DNA of 64,000 nucleotides from Octopus sinensis (Eukaryota): NCBI RefSeq assembly GCF_006345805.1, contig NC_043018.1, positions 21,390,001 to 21,454,000 of the forward strand, read 5' to 3'. Shown piece by piece: positions 1 to 13,346 of this stretch (position 1 is its first letter; each line of letters starts with the position of its first letter). The notes under the pieces were generated by a model. It saw only the letters and a program-made list of their open reading frames with translations, ran no database searches and was not told where the DNA came from. The position numbers and the translations under genes were made by a program.

Positions 1-110
1 TATTATATATTATGTATATATATATATATATGTAATATATATATATATGTATATATATATATTATATATGTATTTATATATATATATATGTATATATATG
101 TATATATATA

Positions 111-918
111 TAAATCCTTAAATCCTTTTAAAATGTTTTAGCCCGAAGGCCGCGGCCATGCTGGGGCACCACCGCTGAATGAGCTACACTAGTTTGTGAA
201 TCCACCTCTGATACGTGGCACTTGATCAACAAGGGAGTTCGATGCTGCTGCCCGCATCCGTGTCTCCTGTCGTGAGGTAGGTTCATCTGGGACTCCCAAC
301 AAGAAGAGATCCAGTTTAGTTTTAAAGAAACCCACATCCACACCATGTAAGTCTCTCAGGCATTTAGGGAGGATGTTAAAGAGCTGTGGTCCTCTGAAAC
401 CCAAGCTGTTGCAGTATCTGGACCTGTATTTTGATGGTGATGTTGGAATCCTTGGCACCACGCAGCGGCGCCCCGTTCTGCGGTTGGAGTAACTTTGAAT
501 GCCAAAGTTTGGGACAAGACCCTCCAGGATTTTCAGATGTATATCACTGCATATCTCTCCCGCCTCCGCTCCAGGGAGAAGAGGTTTAATACCTTCAGTC
601 TTTCCCAGTAGCTGACATTTGCATTGAGACGATTTTCTTTGTGTAGCTTCTCTGAGTGCTTCGAGTTCTGCTGTTTGTTTATATTGTGTGGTGACCAAAG
701 TTGGGAGCAGTAGTCCAAGCGGCTGAGGACAAATGTTTTCCATAGGACCATCAGTGTCTCCTTCTCTCTTGTTCTGAAAGTTCGGAGAATCCATCCAGCT
801 AGCCGTCTGTATTTTATCACCAGATTAGCAATATGCATTTGGAAAGATGCATCATTGCTCATGTCAATGCCCAGGTCACGCATGATTTTGACTCAGGGAT
901 TGCAATTCTTCCTGGGCA
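111..918 (-). mobile_element. 5'-truncated LINE (CR1/L2/Jockey-type) RT C-terminus with 3' UTR and tail
   Basis: Frameshifted RDLGIDMSND...LSRLDYCSQLWSP...LFSLERRRER...GPQLFNILP...KLDLFL; stop at 189-191; short tandem tail. Confidence 0.85.
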
Positions 919-919
919 G

Positions 920-1498
920 TGTATATATATATATGTATATATAATATATGGTATATATATATATATATATGTATATGTATAATATATATGTATGTTATAT
1001 ATATATATATGTATATGTATGTATATATATATATATATGTATTATATATATATATGTATATGTATGTATATATATATATATGTATATGTATGATATATAT
1101 ATATATGTATATAATATATATATGTATCTATATATGTATATTTATATATATGTATATGTATATGTATATATATATGTATATATATAATGTATATGTATAT
1201 ATATTTATGTTATACGTATATATATATATGTATATGTATATGTATATATATATATGTATATATATATGTATATGTATATTATTTATGTATACGTATATAT
1301 ATATATGTATATATATATGTATATATATATATGTATATATATATATGTATATAATATGTATATATATAGTATATAATATATGTATGTATATATATATATA
1401 TATATATGATGGTATATATATATATATATATGTATGTATATATATATATATATGTATATGTATGTATATATATATAATATATGTATTATATATATATG

Positions 1499-1534
<36 letters not shown>

Positions 1535-1881
1535 TGTATGTATATATATATATATATATATATGTATATGTATGTATATATATATATATGTATATATATA
1601 TATGTATGATAATATATATATATGTATATTATATATATATGTATATATATGTATATATATATATATGTATATATAATATGTATATAATATATGTATATAT
1701 ATATATATTATGTATGTGTATATATATATTTATGTATAAGTATATATATATATGTATATGTTATATATATATGTATATATATATGTATATATATATAATT
1801 ATGTAACGTATATATATATATATATGTATATAATATGTATATTATATATATATATGTATATATATATGTAATATATATATG

Positions 1882-1912
<31 letters not shown>

Positions 1913-2592
1913 GTATATATATATAATGTTGTTATATATATTGTATATATATATATATATATATATATGTTATATATATATATATATATATTATATATGT
2001 ATATATATATATGTATATATATATAATTATATATATATATATGTCATATATATAGTATAATATATATAATATATGTATATATATATGTATATATATATGT
2101 ATATATATATGTATATATATATGTATATAATATATGTATATATATGTATTATATGTGTATATATATATATATGTATATTTATATGTATATATATATATGT
2201 ATAATCTACATGTTATATATCTATGTATATAATATATGTATGTATATATATATGTATATATATGTATATATATATGTGGAGTGTATATATATATATGTAT
2301 ATAATATGTAATATATATGTATGTATATATATGTAGTATATATATATATGTATGTATATATTATATGTATATATATATGTATATATATATGTATTATTTT
2401 ATATAATGTATATATGGATAATATATATATATGTATATATTTATATATGTATATATGTATGTATATATATATATGTCTTATATTTATATATGTATATATG
2501 TATGTATATATATATATATATTGCATATATATATATGGTATTTTATATTACATATATAAATATATGTATATATATATATATCTATATATATA
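920..2592. repeat. ~1.7-kb degenerate (TA)n/(TATG)n microsatellite
   Basis: Direct inspection; the YI-rich ORFs here are artefacts. Confidence 0.95.
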
Positions 2593-3949
2593 ATGGGTGG
2601 GGGCTATTCGAATGACCGGTACGTAAGGGGGTAAAATGTTCATAGTATTCGCTTGAGCGCGTCTGTTCATACCTACACATGTGCGCCCGCAAACACACGT
2701 GTGTGCGCCTAAAGCTATACATTCATCCACCCTCACTTGAAAACGTACACACCCTCACTCCTATCCTTTGCCAAACGTATATGCATATATATACAAACCC
2801 ACACGCGCACCGTAAAGGTTCATACACACGTCTATATACGCACAAGCACAAGAAAAACGGTTAAGGTAACAATACAGCAAAAAAGCATAAGGGAGTATAC
2901 AAAGAGTAAACCACGTCTATATATGCACATACCCTTGTGCACACACACACACGCCTATATACTCACATACCCGCACATGTCTATATACACACACACACAT
3001 GCACGCACAAAAAGGATTATACGTCTAACAAGAAAAAACAGGGCTAAGGGCAAAAATACGGGAAAATGTGTAAAAACACTGAGTAAAATACGTCTATATA
3101 CGCACGTACTCGCATGCACGCACACACGCACACATCTACATACACACATACCCGCACACACGCTCACATTCACACGCGCGCACAAAAGATTCCATATACA
3201 CGTCTATATACGCACAGGGAAAAATGCAGGGTGGAAGGTAGAATACAGATACAATTATGTGTAAAAAATATATAAGCAATAAACCTATAAACCAAAATCT
3301 CTATAAATATGTAAGAAATATATGTATAAAAATATAAATAAAATTTAAAAAATATATAAGAAATATAAGTAAAAGGTGTAAAGAGATAAAAAGCTTGTGC
3401 GTGGACACAATATAGAAAGCAAGTTCTATCTGTAGTCTCGGAGGGGGACCAAAAACGTAATAAATATTTGGCCACGTATGGGCATGAACCGAAAAGTTCA
3501 GTCCTTGAATTCAGACATGTAGTAGGATCTAAGCTGCTTTTCTAGATGAGCCATCTTTCTATATGGCGAACCATCTTCCAAAAGAGACCGATAGAATAAG
3601 TAGCAGACTTCCAAAGAATAAGTCCTGGAGTCGATTTCTCGACTCAAGGCGCTACTCCAGCATGGCGCCAGTCAAATGACTGAAACAAGTAAATGAGCAA
3701 ATGAGTAAATGAGATGTAGAACGAGTCTATAAGATTCATTTGTTTGTTGCCTGTGCGCATGCGTACAGTCAAAGAACCTAAAAAAGAGAGAATACACTAA
3801 GGATTTACAAATTCCGTTTTACAACCCAGAATGTGCATCGTTTTAATCTTTACTCTTTGGTGCACTCTAGCTTTTCTAGTTTTTGGTTTTTGGTTAATGC
3901 ATATCAGTGCTCAGAAACAAATGAAAATGTTACTGTTGGATATTACAGC

Positions 3950-4049
3950 NNNNNNNNNNNNNNNNNNNNNNNNNNNNNNNNNNNNNNNNNNNNNNNNNNN
4001 NNNNNNNNNNNNNNNNNNNNNNNNNNNNNNNNNNNNNNNNNNNNNNNNN
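3950..4049. other. Assembly gap (100 N)
   Basis: Run of N. Confidence 1.
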
Positions 4050-4519
4050 AGTAACATAGAATATTATGAATTCAAAAAAGTTTTTACATAATTGCACATT
4101 ACATGTATATATACAGTATTTGGTAACAGGGACATGTAAGGACATAAAGAAGGAAACAGTGTGATGAGAATATTTGAAAAGATGGGCAGAAAAGAAATAA
4201 AACAAATATATTATTGGAAGTTTGGTTGCGTTAATTATTGGTTGTTGCAAATTGCCACATTACATGTATATATACAGTCTTTCGTAACAAGGACATGTTA
4301 AGGACATAAGAAAGTACAACAGTATGATGAGAATATTTGAAAAAATGGGCAGAAAAGATTAAAATAAATATATTATACATCTCAGGGTCAGTACAGAATA
4401 TTATGAATTCAAGGCGAGCTTGTTTATTGACCTGTCCGTTTTAGCAGAAATGTAGAATTGAGAAAGATGTACCCGTTTTTTTTCTGTTTTTGGCTTTCCT
4501 TCAAGCATCAATGATTTTG

Positions 4520-6330
4520 AGGTTAGGATGAGGTGAATATGTGTGTCTCTCTGCTTGTGTGTGAATAGATGTGTCTGTGTGTCTGTAGTATTTGGTCAGA
4601 TGGCGTCTGTTTGTCAAGTGTGTGTGGTTGTCTTGGTGTTGTGTGTGCGTGTGTGTGCGCGTGCGTGTGTGCGTGTGTGCGTGCGTGTGTACGCATGCAT
4701 GAGTGTGGATGGCATTTGACATGGTGCTGCGTGTATATATATGTGCCTGTATGGAGGTGAGACTGGTGTAAGTGTGCGTGCCCCTGTGTGCGTGCACACA
4801 CACGTATACAAGCGTCTGCGTGTGTGTGTGGGCTGTTTTTGAATGGTTCCAGGGTGGCGAAAAATAGATGTGTTGTTTAAAGAATTTTTTGGGGTAGGAT
4901 GGTGTGTGTATATATGCGTGCCCGCCCGTGCGCGCGCGCGTGCGTGCACGTGCGCGTCTACGCGTGTGTGCGGGCCATACACACACACTACATATACATA
5001 CACACACACATACATCATACACACACACACACCACACACACACATATCTGAGCTCCCCCACACACATACACACACACATAATATACAAACACACAACACA
5101 CACACACACTCACAAAACACACACACATACAGAACACACACACACAACGCACACACATATAATATACACACACACAACACACAAATATAACATATATTTA
5201 TATATAATATACACACATATAACACACACACACAACACACACGCACACAACACACATACCCACACATCATACACACACCACATACACACACACACATATA
5301 ACACACACACACAACACACACACACACAACACACACACACACAACACACACACACAACACACACACACAACACACGCACACATACATACATAATATAAAT
5401 ACAACACAAATACACCTAGCACATATATACATACAATACACATACACAGCATATATATAATACACATACACAATATATACATATAACATACATACACAAT
5501 ACATACATATAATATATATATATAGACAATGCATATACATATATACATATATACATATATATAGTGTTTACATCCACATACATAAATATACCACATATAC
5601 ACACAATATACATACATACAATGTAATACATATACACATACGCATACATATAACATATATATACACATAACATACACATACACAATGCATACATATATAC
5701 ATGCAATGTATATACAGTATTCATGCATATATAACACACATACAAATATACAATATACAATGCACCACATACACACACATATACACATAATGTACACATA
5801 CATATACAACACAAATACATATAATATACAATACACAATGCACATGCAAATAATGCACATATATATACACACATATATTCTCACATATACACACATATAT
5901 ATATATAATGCACACACACACACACACACAAAATACATACATATAGCGTACACACACATATATATCTACATACCACACACACAAACAATGTACTCACATA
6001 TACACATATACAATGCATACACACACACAACACACACATATATACATATATATATAACATATACACATATAAATACATACACACACACAATGCACACACA
6101 CACACACACGCGCACACACACACACAACGCACACACACAACACACAACCCACACAACACTCACACACATACATAACCTACATATATATTAATGCATGCGT
6201 GTGGGTGCGCGCGTATGTGTGTGGTCAATGCCCGCTAGTGTGCCCTATGTGTGCCGATGCGTGCATGTGTCCGCCTGCATGAATGCTGCGAGTGTGCGCG
6301 TTGTGTCCTGTGTGCTTGCTCTGGATGTGT
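4520..6330. repeat. Degenerate (TG)n/(CA)n/(CATA)n microsatellite field
   Basis: Direct inspection. Confidence 0.9.
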
Positions 6331-6364
6331 GCCTAGGGGGTATGTTAGAAGTATGTTTAGTTGT

Positions 6365-7150
6365 GGTCTGTATTTTTTGAATAAGATTACTTTCCCTATT
6401 TATTCGTGTTTGGTCTGTGGTGTTGTCCGAGCATTGGTATAGTGGGATGACTAAGAATTTGGGGGACTTATTGTGTGCACAAAGGTCTAAGTGTCCACTT
6501 AGTGGTATCTGTCTTGTGGAGGGGTCCCTCAGTTGTTGTCGCTGAACTGTCATTCTTTCTCTGAGGGTAAGGCTCGTTTGCCCTATGTAGTCTTCGTGGC
6601 ATCCTTCACACTTTATGACGTAGAGTAAATTTTTTGATGCGCACGTGAAATTATTTTTTATGATGAATGTGTGTTCCGAGCGGAACTTGTACGTCGATCC
6701 CTCAATGAGGTGGATGCAAGTCCTGCAGTTGGGGCGACCACATTTTTTGATGGTGGGCGGTGGGTTTGTGTTGTGTAATTTTGCGTTGGTGAGGAGGTTT
6801 TTTAGGGATTTAGGTTGTCTCTTACTTCTTATTTTATGCGCTTGCCAGTAACTTTTTCAGGCGTGGGTCTGATTTTAGTTGTGGAATGTTGTTGTATATA
6901 ATAGTGTAAGCTTCTGGCATTCCTTGGGTTGTGTGTTGAGAGATAGGGGAGGCTATTTACTGTTACTGTGGATTGGTTTAGGTTTTTGTAGGTATTGAGT
7001 GTTGATTGATTTGGCCCGTTCTATTCCGTGTCTACTAGTGATGCGGGTAATGTTTTCGAGAAGAATTCCCTTAGTTCCCGGAGTCTTCTATTTCGTGTTT
7101 GTCATTTGAGACAATAGTGCAGATTCTTCTCGCTAGGTTGAAGGGGATAT
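6365..7150 (-). mobile_element. Penelope-like element, RT thumb/linker and GIY-YIG endonuclease remnant
   Basis: Minus translation ...SKRQPKSLKNLLTNAKL...KKCGRPNCRTC...NFTCASKNLLYVIKCEGCHEDYIGQTSLTLRERMTVQRQQL...RINRESNLI; upstream IPFNLARRICTIVS. Confidence 0.88.
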
Positions 7151-7197
7151 TCAGTTAAACGACTGAAACACATAATAGAATATTTATATATATAAAC

Positions 7198-7295
7198 ACA
7201 AGTCCCCTAAATTCCAGGTCTCCCAACTCTACCTATATTCCGCGAATACCACAGATGAAGCATGGATAAACAAAGAAAATACCTTCATACAAAGG
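7198..7295 (+). mobile_element. Penelope-like 3' end fragment, inverted relative to the adjacent copy
   Basis: Near-identical to 13285-13346 and homologous to the NKSPKF...TTD..RIN segment at about 6400-6470. Confidence 0.7.
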
Positions 7296-7296
7296 T

Positions 7297-8560
7297 AGCA
7301 TACCACACTGGTTAGTTCTAGCAGAGACAAATCTGATCCCCAAATGCAGAATCACCAACGTGCAAAAAACTACCTGCCAGTTTCATGCCAGAACTTAATG
7401 CATAAAATTTATACAGCATGCTTAAAACTCTTCCTCCAAGACCATTGTGAAAGTAATGACATCATCACAGCGGAACAAGCAGCTGGGAAGAAGGGAGTCT
7501 GGGAAGTGCCGAGCAATTGTTAATAAACAAAACTGTAATGTCAGAGGAGCGGGAGTAAGGAAGGAACCTAGTTTCAATATGACTCGACTACAAGAAAGCC
7601 ATTGACCCTGTTCTCTGCTCATGGATGCTAGAAGCCCTTCAACTAGATAACGTTCCATAGAGCATAGTCAAAGCCATAGATGACCTAACTTCATTGTGGG
7701 CCCCCATCTTGAAATTAAGCACAAAAAATGAGTGTATTATCACTGATAAATTACTGTAACCCGGTGGCATTTACCAAGGGAACTGTGATGTTTATAATTT
7801 CTGTAAACTTCGTGGCAGTTATATTAAGGAATTCTGAAGGATATCGCAGTGGTTCACAAGGAAACAGAAGCACCAAAATTACATACCGTTTCTTTGTGGA
7901 TGACTTGAAACTATATGCAAAGGCTATGCACGAAATGAAAAGGAGCCACGACCCGCTTACAACAGTCTCAAACGATGCAGAGTTGGAGTTTGGTCAAGAT
8001 AAATGTTGCTATATGATTGTGAAAAGATGGAAAACTGTAAATCAGACTAGCAATATCTGCGTTAACGACTTAACTGGTTCCTCTATGTCTGATGAGGAAT
8101 TTTACAAGTATCTAGGGGTGGATGAAAACATATCATACAATGGCACCTGTAACAAATCACGTGTCACCAAAGAATATTACAGCTGAATAAAGAAAATTTG
8201 GACCTTGGAACTCACTGCATTCAATAAAACTGTGGCCCACAATGTGTTTGCAGTGCCAGTACTCATACCAACATTTGGGCTGCTTGATTGGACGCTTGAT
8301 GAGATCCGAGCCATTCATGTGAAAATCCAGAAGATACTAACAAACATACGTAATTTCCACATAAACAGTGGCGTAGACCGCCTCTACTAAAACGAAAACA
8401 AGGCGGCGGAGATTAACATCGATTCAAACAGCCTTTGAATGTCGTATCGTATCCCTTCAGCAATATCTTTTAACTTCCAAGTGTTAAAGTGCATCCCTAC
8501 ATGAGGCTGATAACATTATATGACTTGGAAGACAGCTCCTTGAGTAACATTCCTTGCCCA
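7297..8560 (+). pseudogene. Decayed R4/Dong-clade non-LTR reverse transcriptase
   Basis: LIPK...CQNLMHKIYTAC...EQAAGKKGVW...LDYKKA...FFVDDLKLYAK...LEFGQDKC...YKYLGVDEN...LTAFNK...FAVPVLIPTFG, with stops and frameshifts. Confidence 0.85.
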
Positions 8561-10075
8561 AAGAAGTCGTTCGACTCTACCGTAACATATCAGATGAAAG
8601 GATGAGCCAATAATTTTTGCCACAAGGACAGCTTATGGGAGGAAATTAATTCGATTACACCGACCCCCAGTGTGTAACTGGTACTTATTAAATCGTGGCT
8701 CCGAATAGATGAAGGGCAAATTCGACCTCGGCGGAATAACTACATCAATAATAATAACAGTGACAATATATGTATCAGAGTGTCACTAACGCTGTGTGTT
8801 CTTATTTGTTTCCGGCCACGTTATGACTAACTGAAAAAGCACAACAGCCAGATTGTGAAACCGGTGTTTGTCGACATAAGGAATGCAACACATGGCCTTT
8901 GCATTGCCGTGTTTTTCTCTTATATTGAGGACCACAGCTTGAAGTATGTTTTTTTTTATTACATTTCAACTTTATAGTTATATACACACAACAAGGACAT
9001 TTGATCTATTTAGTATATAAACTGTCATATACCTACACACATAAATACGTACAAATATATTTATGCCTACATCTATCTATGTATACATACTCACATACAT
9101 ACACAAACACACATACATATACAAGCACACACAAACACACTCAGAGAAACATATATATATGTGTGTGTGTGTGTGTCTGTGTGTGTGTCTGTGTGTGGTT
9201 TGTGTATGTATGCATGTATGTATGTGTGTATGTTTATGTGCAAACACTATATAAGTATCTATGTATACATACATACATACACACACACACAAATATATAC
9301 ATATATATATATGCACATATATATATTTATAAATATATATATATGTGTGTATGTTTGTGTGCAGACACGATATAAGTATCATCACCTTGGTTAATCTGTG
9401 TAATTATTATCAAATGACTTGGTTCTTGTACAACAGAAATCTAGAGACCACTCAAATAATATATTGCGGAATATAAGAAATAGGTAATGTTTAAACTATT
9501 AACTTATGGTCGTGAGTTGATATGTGAAAGCGATACAGAATGTCCAGTTGATGATGGTAGCGCTGGTGGTTGAAAGGACGTTTATTTATATGTTTGTTAT
9601 TGATTGGATGGTGGTTTTTAGGTTGAGAGTAGGAGAGGCTTTCTGTGAGTTGCGTTTGCTTTTGTGGTAATCTTATGGAAGACTCAACAAACAGTGAAGT
9701 GGCTGGTTGGCCGAATCGTTACCTCAGCGGGCCAAATACTTCGCAGTACTTTGTCCGTCATTACGCTCTGAATTATATCACCGCCGAGATCGACTTTGGG
9801 TTTCATCCTTTCGGGATCGAAGGAAGGAAGTACCAGTAATGTACAGGAGTGGATGTAAGCAAGGAGTCCTCTTACCCAAAATTCCAGGCTTTGTGCATCA
9901 ATCGAAAAGGTTATTCACCGTTGTTGTCATCTTTATTGTAGCTTAAGGAAGTTGTTTTCGTTGCTAAGTACCCGCTCTTTATGACTGAAATGATTCAAGA
10001 TTTAAAAGGTAGGTAAAAGCGTATGACATGTCTTCAATTGCTTTCCTTCTTATATTTCATATCATTAGTTGCGTG

Positions 10076-10142
10076 ATGAGAAGAACTCTTGCACTCCTCT
10101 GTATCGGCGTACTCATTTCATGCACCTCGTCGCAGAAGCAAG
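10076..10142 (+). CDS. Knottin gene K1, coding exon 1 (signal peptide MRRTLALLCIGVLISCTSSQKQ)
   Basis: Pyrimidine tract and acceptor cattag| at 10068, ATG at 10076, hydrophobic core, donor CAAG|gtaaat at 10143; 67 nt, phase 1. Confidence 0.85.
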
Positions 10143-11104
10143 GTAAATATTCACCACTACCATCACTACATAGTAATCTTAGAGGCGATGAACGAAGAGA
10201 AGAAAGAAAGAGAAGAGAGAGAGAGAGAGAGTGAGAGAGAGAGAGAGAAGGGGAGATTAAGAGAAGCGGGGTGAGTCGTTGTTTTTATGATAGTCAAATG
10301 ACGCGAGATTACTCTCTTCCGCAGCATTTTCACGGCTGTTCTATCTTCTGTGATAATTCATGAGTCCCATGTTATTCTTGAGTTCATCTGCGCACATACA
10401 ATAATATGCTTTATCATTCATTTACGATGCGGTATGGAAAGGACCCCGGACTAGTTATGTGGGGCGGCAACAGATGGCAGCACACAGTTGCGTGCGCAGA
10501 GAGGGCTAGCAGTAACCTTCATGAGGTAGTGTACCGAGAGATATCGTTGTATTTACTTCGCAAGTTTAGAAATTTGAGTTTATATGATCACGTGTATGTT
10601 GAATTCTGCGATATTTGTCATGGGCAGGAAGTTGGAACAAAGAAATCTCCGGCCTTTTGGCTTTGCATAATTTTTTCAGACGTTCTAAGATTCACTTCGT
10701 TCTTTAAACTGTGAATGCGTAAGAAAATGCAGATTATGCTGACAAGAAAGTTACAAAGAGGCCACAATACCAGTAAATAGTTTTTACATTGTTCGTATAT
10801 AGTTATGGAATGACGATCCAGTTCGGCTCCTAATCCGGTTCAGGTCCGTGATGTTGATAATCCACAAAGATGGGGAAACATCGATGTCCATCGTTCCTGA
10901 ATCCGTGATAATCTTCAGAGCTATCACCAATAAACTAGCGTATATATCACCCCCTTGAGAACTCGATGACAGCTCTGGTTATTGAAATATCCGCTGAGAC
11001 TAGTTGGGTCATTCGTATATTTCTATACACAAGAAAATATACCCCAAATCCTTGGATGTTTATATACTTTACAGTTCTAAGTTGTCTTATTTTATCATTT
11101 TCAG

Positions 11105-11159
11105 AACGCAGTATGTCCAACGCTAGGTCAGAAACAGACTATGATCGTTTGGATGGAAG
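11105..11159 (+). CDS. Knottin gene K1, exon 2 (propeptide ERSMSNARSETDYDRLDG-R)
   Basis: ttttcag| acceptor and GAAG|gtaaga donor; 55 nt, phase 1 to 2, open in frame with exons 1 and 3. Confidence 0.88.
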
Positions 11160-11523
11160 GTAAGAATTATATATTGACAATTGTTTGAGAATGGCATCAG
11201 TAATAGTAAAATAATTATGATAATTCTTTTCTTTTGTTATTCTATGTGTGTTTGTGTTAGGAAATGTCAAAGTAACTATCTGAAATATTTTCTGAATCTG
11301 TGAAAACGGAAAATGTTTTGTAAAATTGTTGTGGAAAGATTCAGCCATCCCACTCGTGACTAAAGATGGACTGACCCATTGTTATAAATTAAAGCTCTGT
11401 GAGCGATTGGCATTTCGGGTTGGTAAGCCGTTCACTATGAGCCGTGAGAGAGAGCGTTGCGTCTTGTAATAGTAGTGCATCGTGTAAATACTTCCTTTCT
11501 CCATTGCTTCGTTATATTATAAA

Positions 11524-11910
11524 AGCAGAATGTGTGCAGATTTTTCTACTGTTTTTAACGAATGTCTTAAAACGTGTTACTATCTGCTACCTGTCCCGGA
11601 GGATATCCTTGCGAAATTAAATGGTTTCAAGATATTGTCTAAAAAGGATCTTTCTGAAGCGTACCTACAAATTAGAGTAGACGATGAATGCTCTAAATAC
11701 TTAACAACGCACATAAAGGGCTGTATAAACACAACAGTTTGCCATTTGGCTTATAAGTAGCACCAGCGATTTTCAACAGATTATGTATGCAATATTTGCG
11801 GACTGTGAATTCGCAATTCCATATCGAGTGATATTCTTATTAAAAGCGAATCCAGGGATCAACACAAAGAGCACGTAAAATAAATATTCGAAAAAATTAA
11901 TCACTATAGC
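11524..11910 (+). mobile_element. Ty3/Gypsy LTR-retrotransposon RT fragment inside K1 intron 2
   Basis: RMCADFST...LPVPEDILAKLNG...KDLSEAYLQI..DDEC; frameshifted HKGLYK...LPFGL..APAIFQQIM. Confidence 0.85.
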
Positions 11911-12587
11911 CGTTGAGTGGTAATCAACACAAAGAGCACGTAAAATATATATTCGAAAAAATTAACCACTACGCCATATGCTCACGGGCATAGCCGTTGA
12001 GTGGTAATTCCCCAGAAGTAGAAGTAATCTACAAGGTAACATGTTTTCTTGGAGGACAAACTGATGAATCATTATTGTACTGAAAATCGATCCATTCAAA
12101 ATCAGTTACATACTTCAAATACACTCGTTCAGAAATATTAGGTCTATTTAGTATCAATATCGAAGTAAACTCGGAAGTGAAGAAAAATTATATATAGTGC
12201 TAAACGTAATTCATATTTTTCGGAATTATTACTCCTTGTGCAACATAATTGTCTAATTGGAAAATGCAACATGATTACACAGTATACTTGCTGAGTAGTA
12301 GAAATGAGGTTATAAATATCAAAATCATTTCTAATCTTAACTTCAAAGCAATCGAAATATTCGATGCCACTGCAGATGCAGAGGCAAATTTGGAAGCAAT
12401 AAAATGTCAACGCCAACTTTACAAAAAAATCTTCAGAAAATAATCTCACAGAAAATACCCCACATTTTAGAGAGACCGTATGTTAGAGGATGTAGATATA
12501 ATGTAGCTACAACATTCCTGGTGTATTAGGATTATGCAAGTTTCTAATTACGATGTTAATGTATTTTTCTGTTTTCTCTCTTTACAG

Positions 12588-12804
12588 GGGCAGATATAAG
12601 AGAAAGAGTACGTGCTTGAATTGGCAGATTCCATGTTACCCCAATAAGAGCAGTCCATCTAATAATTGTTGTAAAACTCAATCTTGTGCATGTAACCTCT
12701 TATGGCGTGACTGTTTATGTACAGACACAGTTTCAACAGCAAAGATTGTAATACATAATTATATATGTTTATATATATGTTTGTTAGCTTTTTTTTACCT
12801 CTAG
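12588..12804 (+). CDS. Knottin gene K1, terminal exon A: GRYKR + 8-Cys ICK/agatoxin-like peptide + hydrophobic tail
   Basis: tttacag| acceptor, phase 2. Translation GRYKRKSTCLNWQIPCYPNKSSPSNNCCKTQSCACNLLWRDCLCTDTVSTAKIVIHNYICLYICLLAFFYL*. Spacing C-x6-C-x10-CC-x4-CxC-x6-CxC; spliced precursor 112 aa. Confidence 0.9.
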
Positions 12805-13109
12805 TATGGACATGTTCTTTCTAAGTGGTTGGAGATTATTCTAATTCACATAAAAATAATAAAATAACAATTAAATTACAAAGTGAAGACTCAAGAATAT
12901 GTTTGCGTTCATTCGACATATGTTGGTATATAAACGTTTGTTTGCGTAAATCGTAATAAACAGGTTCGCACATAAAGATTCGTCGTGTAATCCATATTTA
13001 TATATATAAATGCGTTGTAGTGTGCACAAAACAAAGATTCTTCTTTGAATGCAACGTTTTGTAGTTCCCTCGTTACGTCCGTAGTATCAAGTGACAATGC
13101 TTGGCTTGT

Positions 13110-13346
13110 GTTATTATCAAGTCAAAATTTTAATATTCGCTATCAAATGTCAATGATATAATGAAGATTACATAGGTGGAAGTTTACTCTAAGAAATAGA
13201 CTGACCATTTACGGAAAACAAATACTAGACCCCAGTACTAGACAGATTCCACTGAGTGGTCACAATAGACATATGTGCAAAAAATAAGTCCCCCAAATTC
13301 CAGGTATTCCCACTCTACCTATATTCCGCGAATACCACAGATGAAG
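13110..13346 (+). mobile_element. Penelope-like GIY-YIG fragment
   Basis: Frameshifted ...EDYIG...TLRNRLTI..KQILDPSTRQIPLSGH...CAKNKSPKFQVFPLY, homologous to the 6.4-6.6 kb copy. Confidence 0.8.

Noticed and set aside
4050-4410. Diverged ~165-bp tandem duplication next to the gap
   Set aside because: Real but unremarkable; no coding or structural signal.
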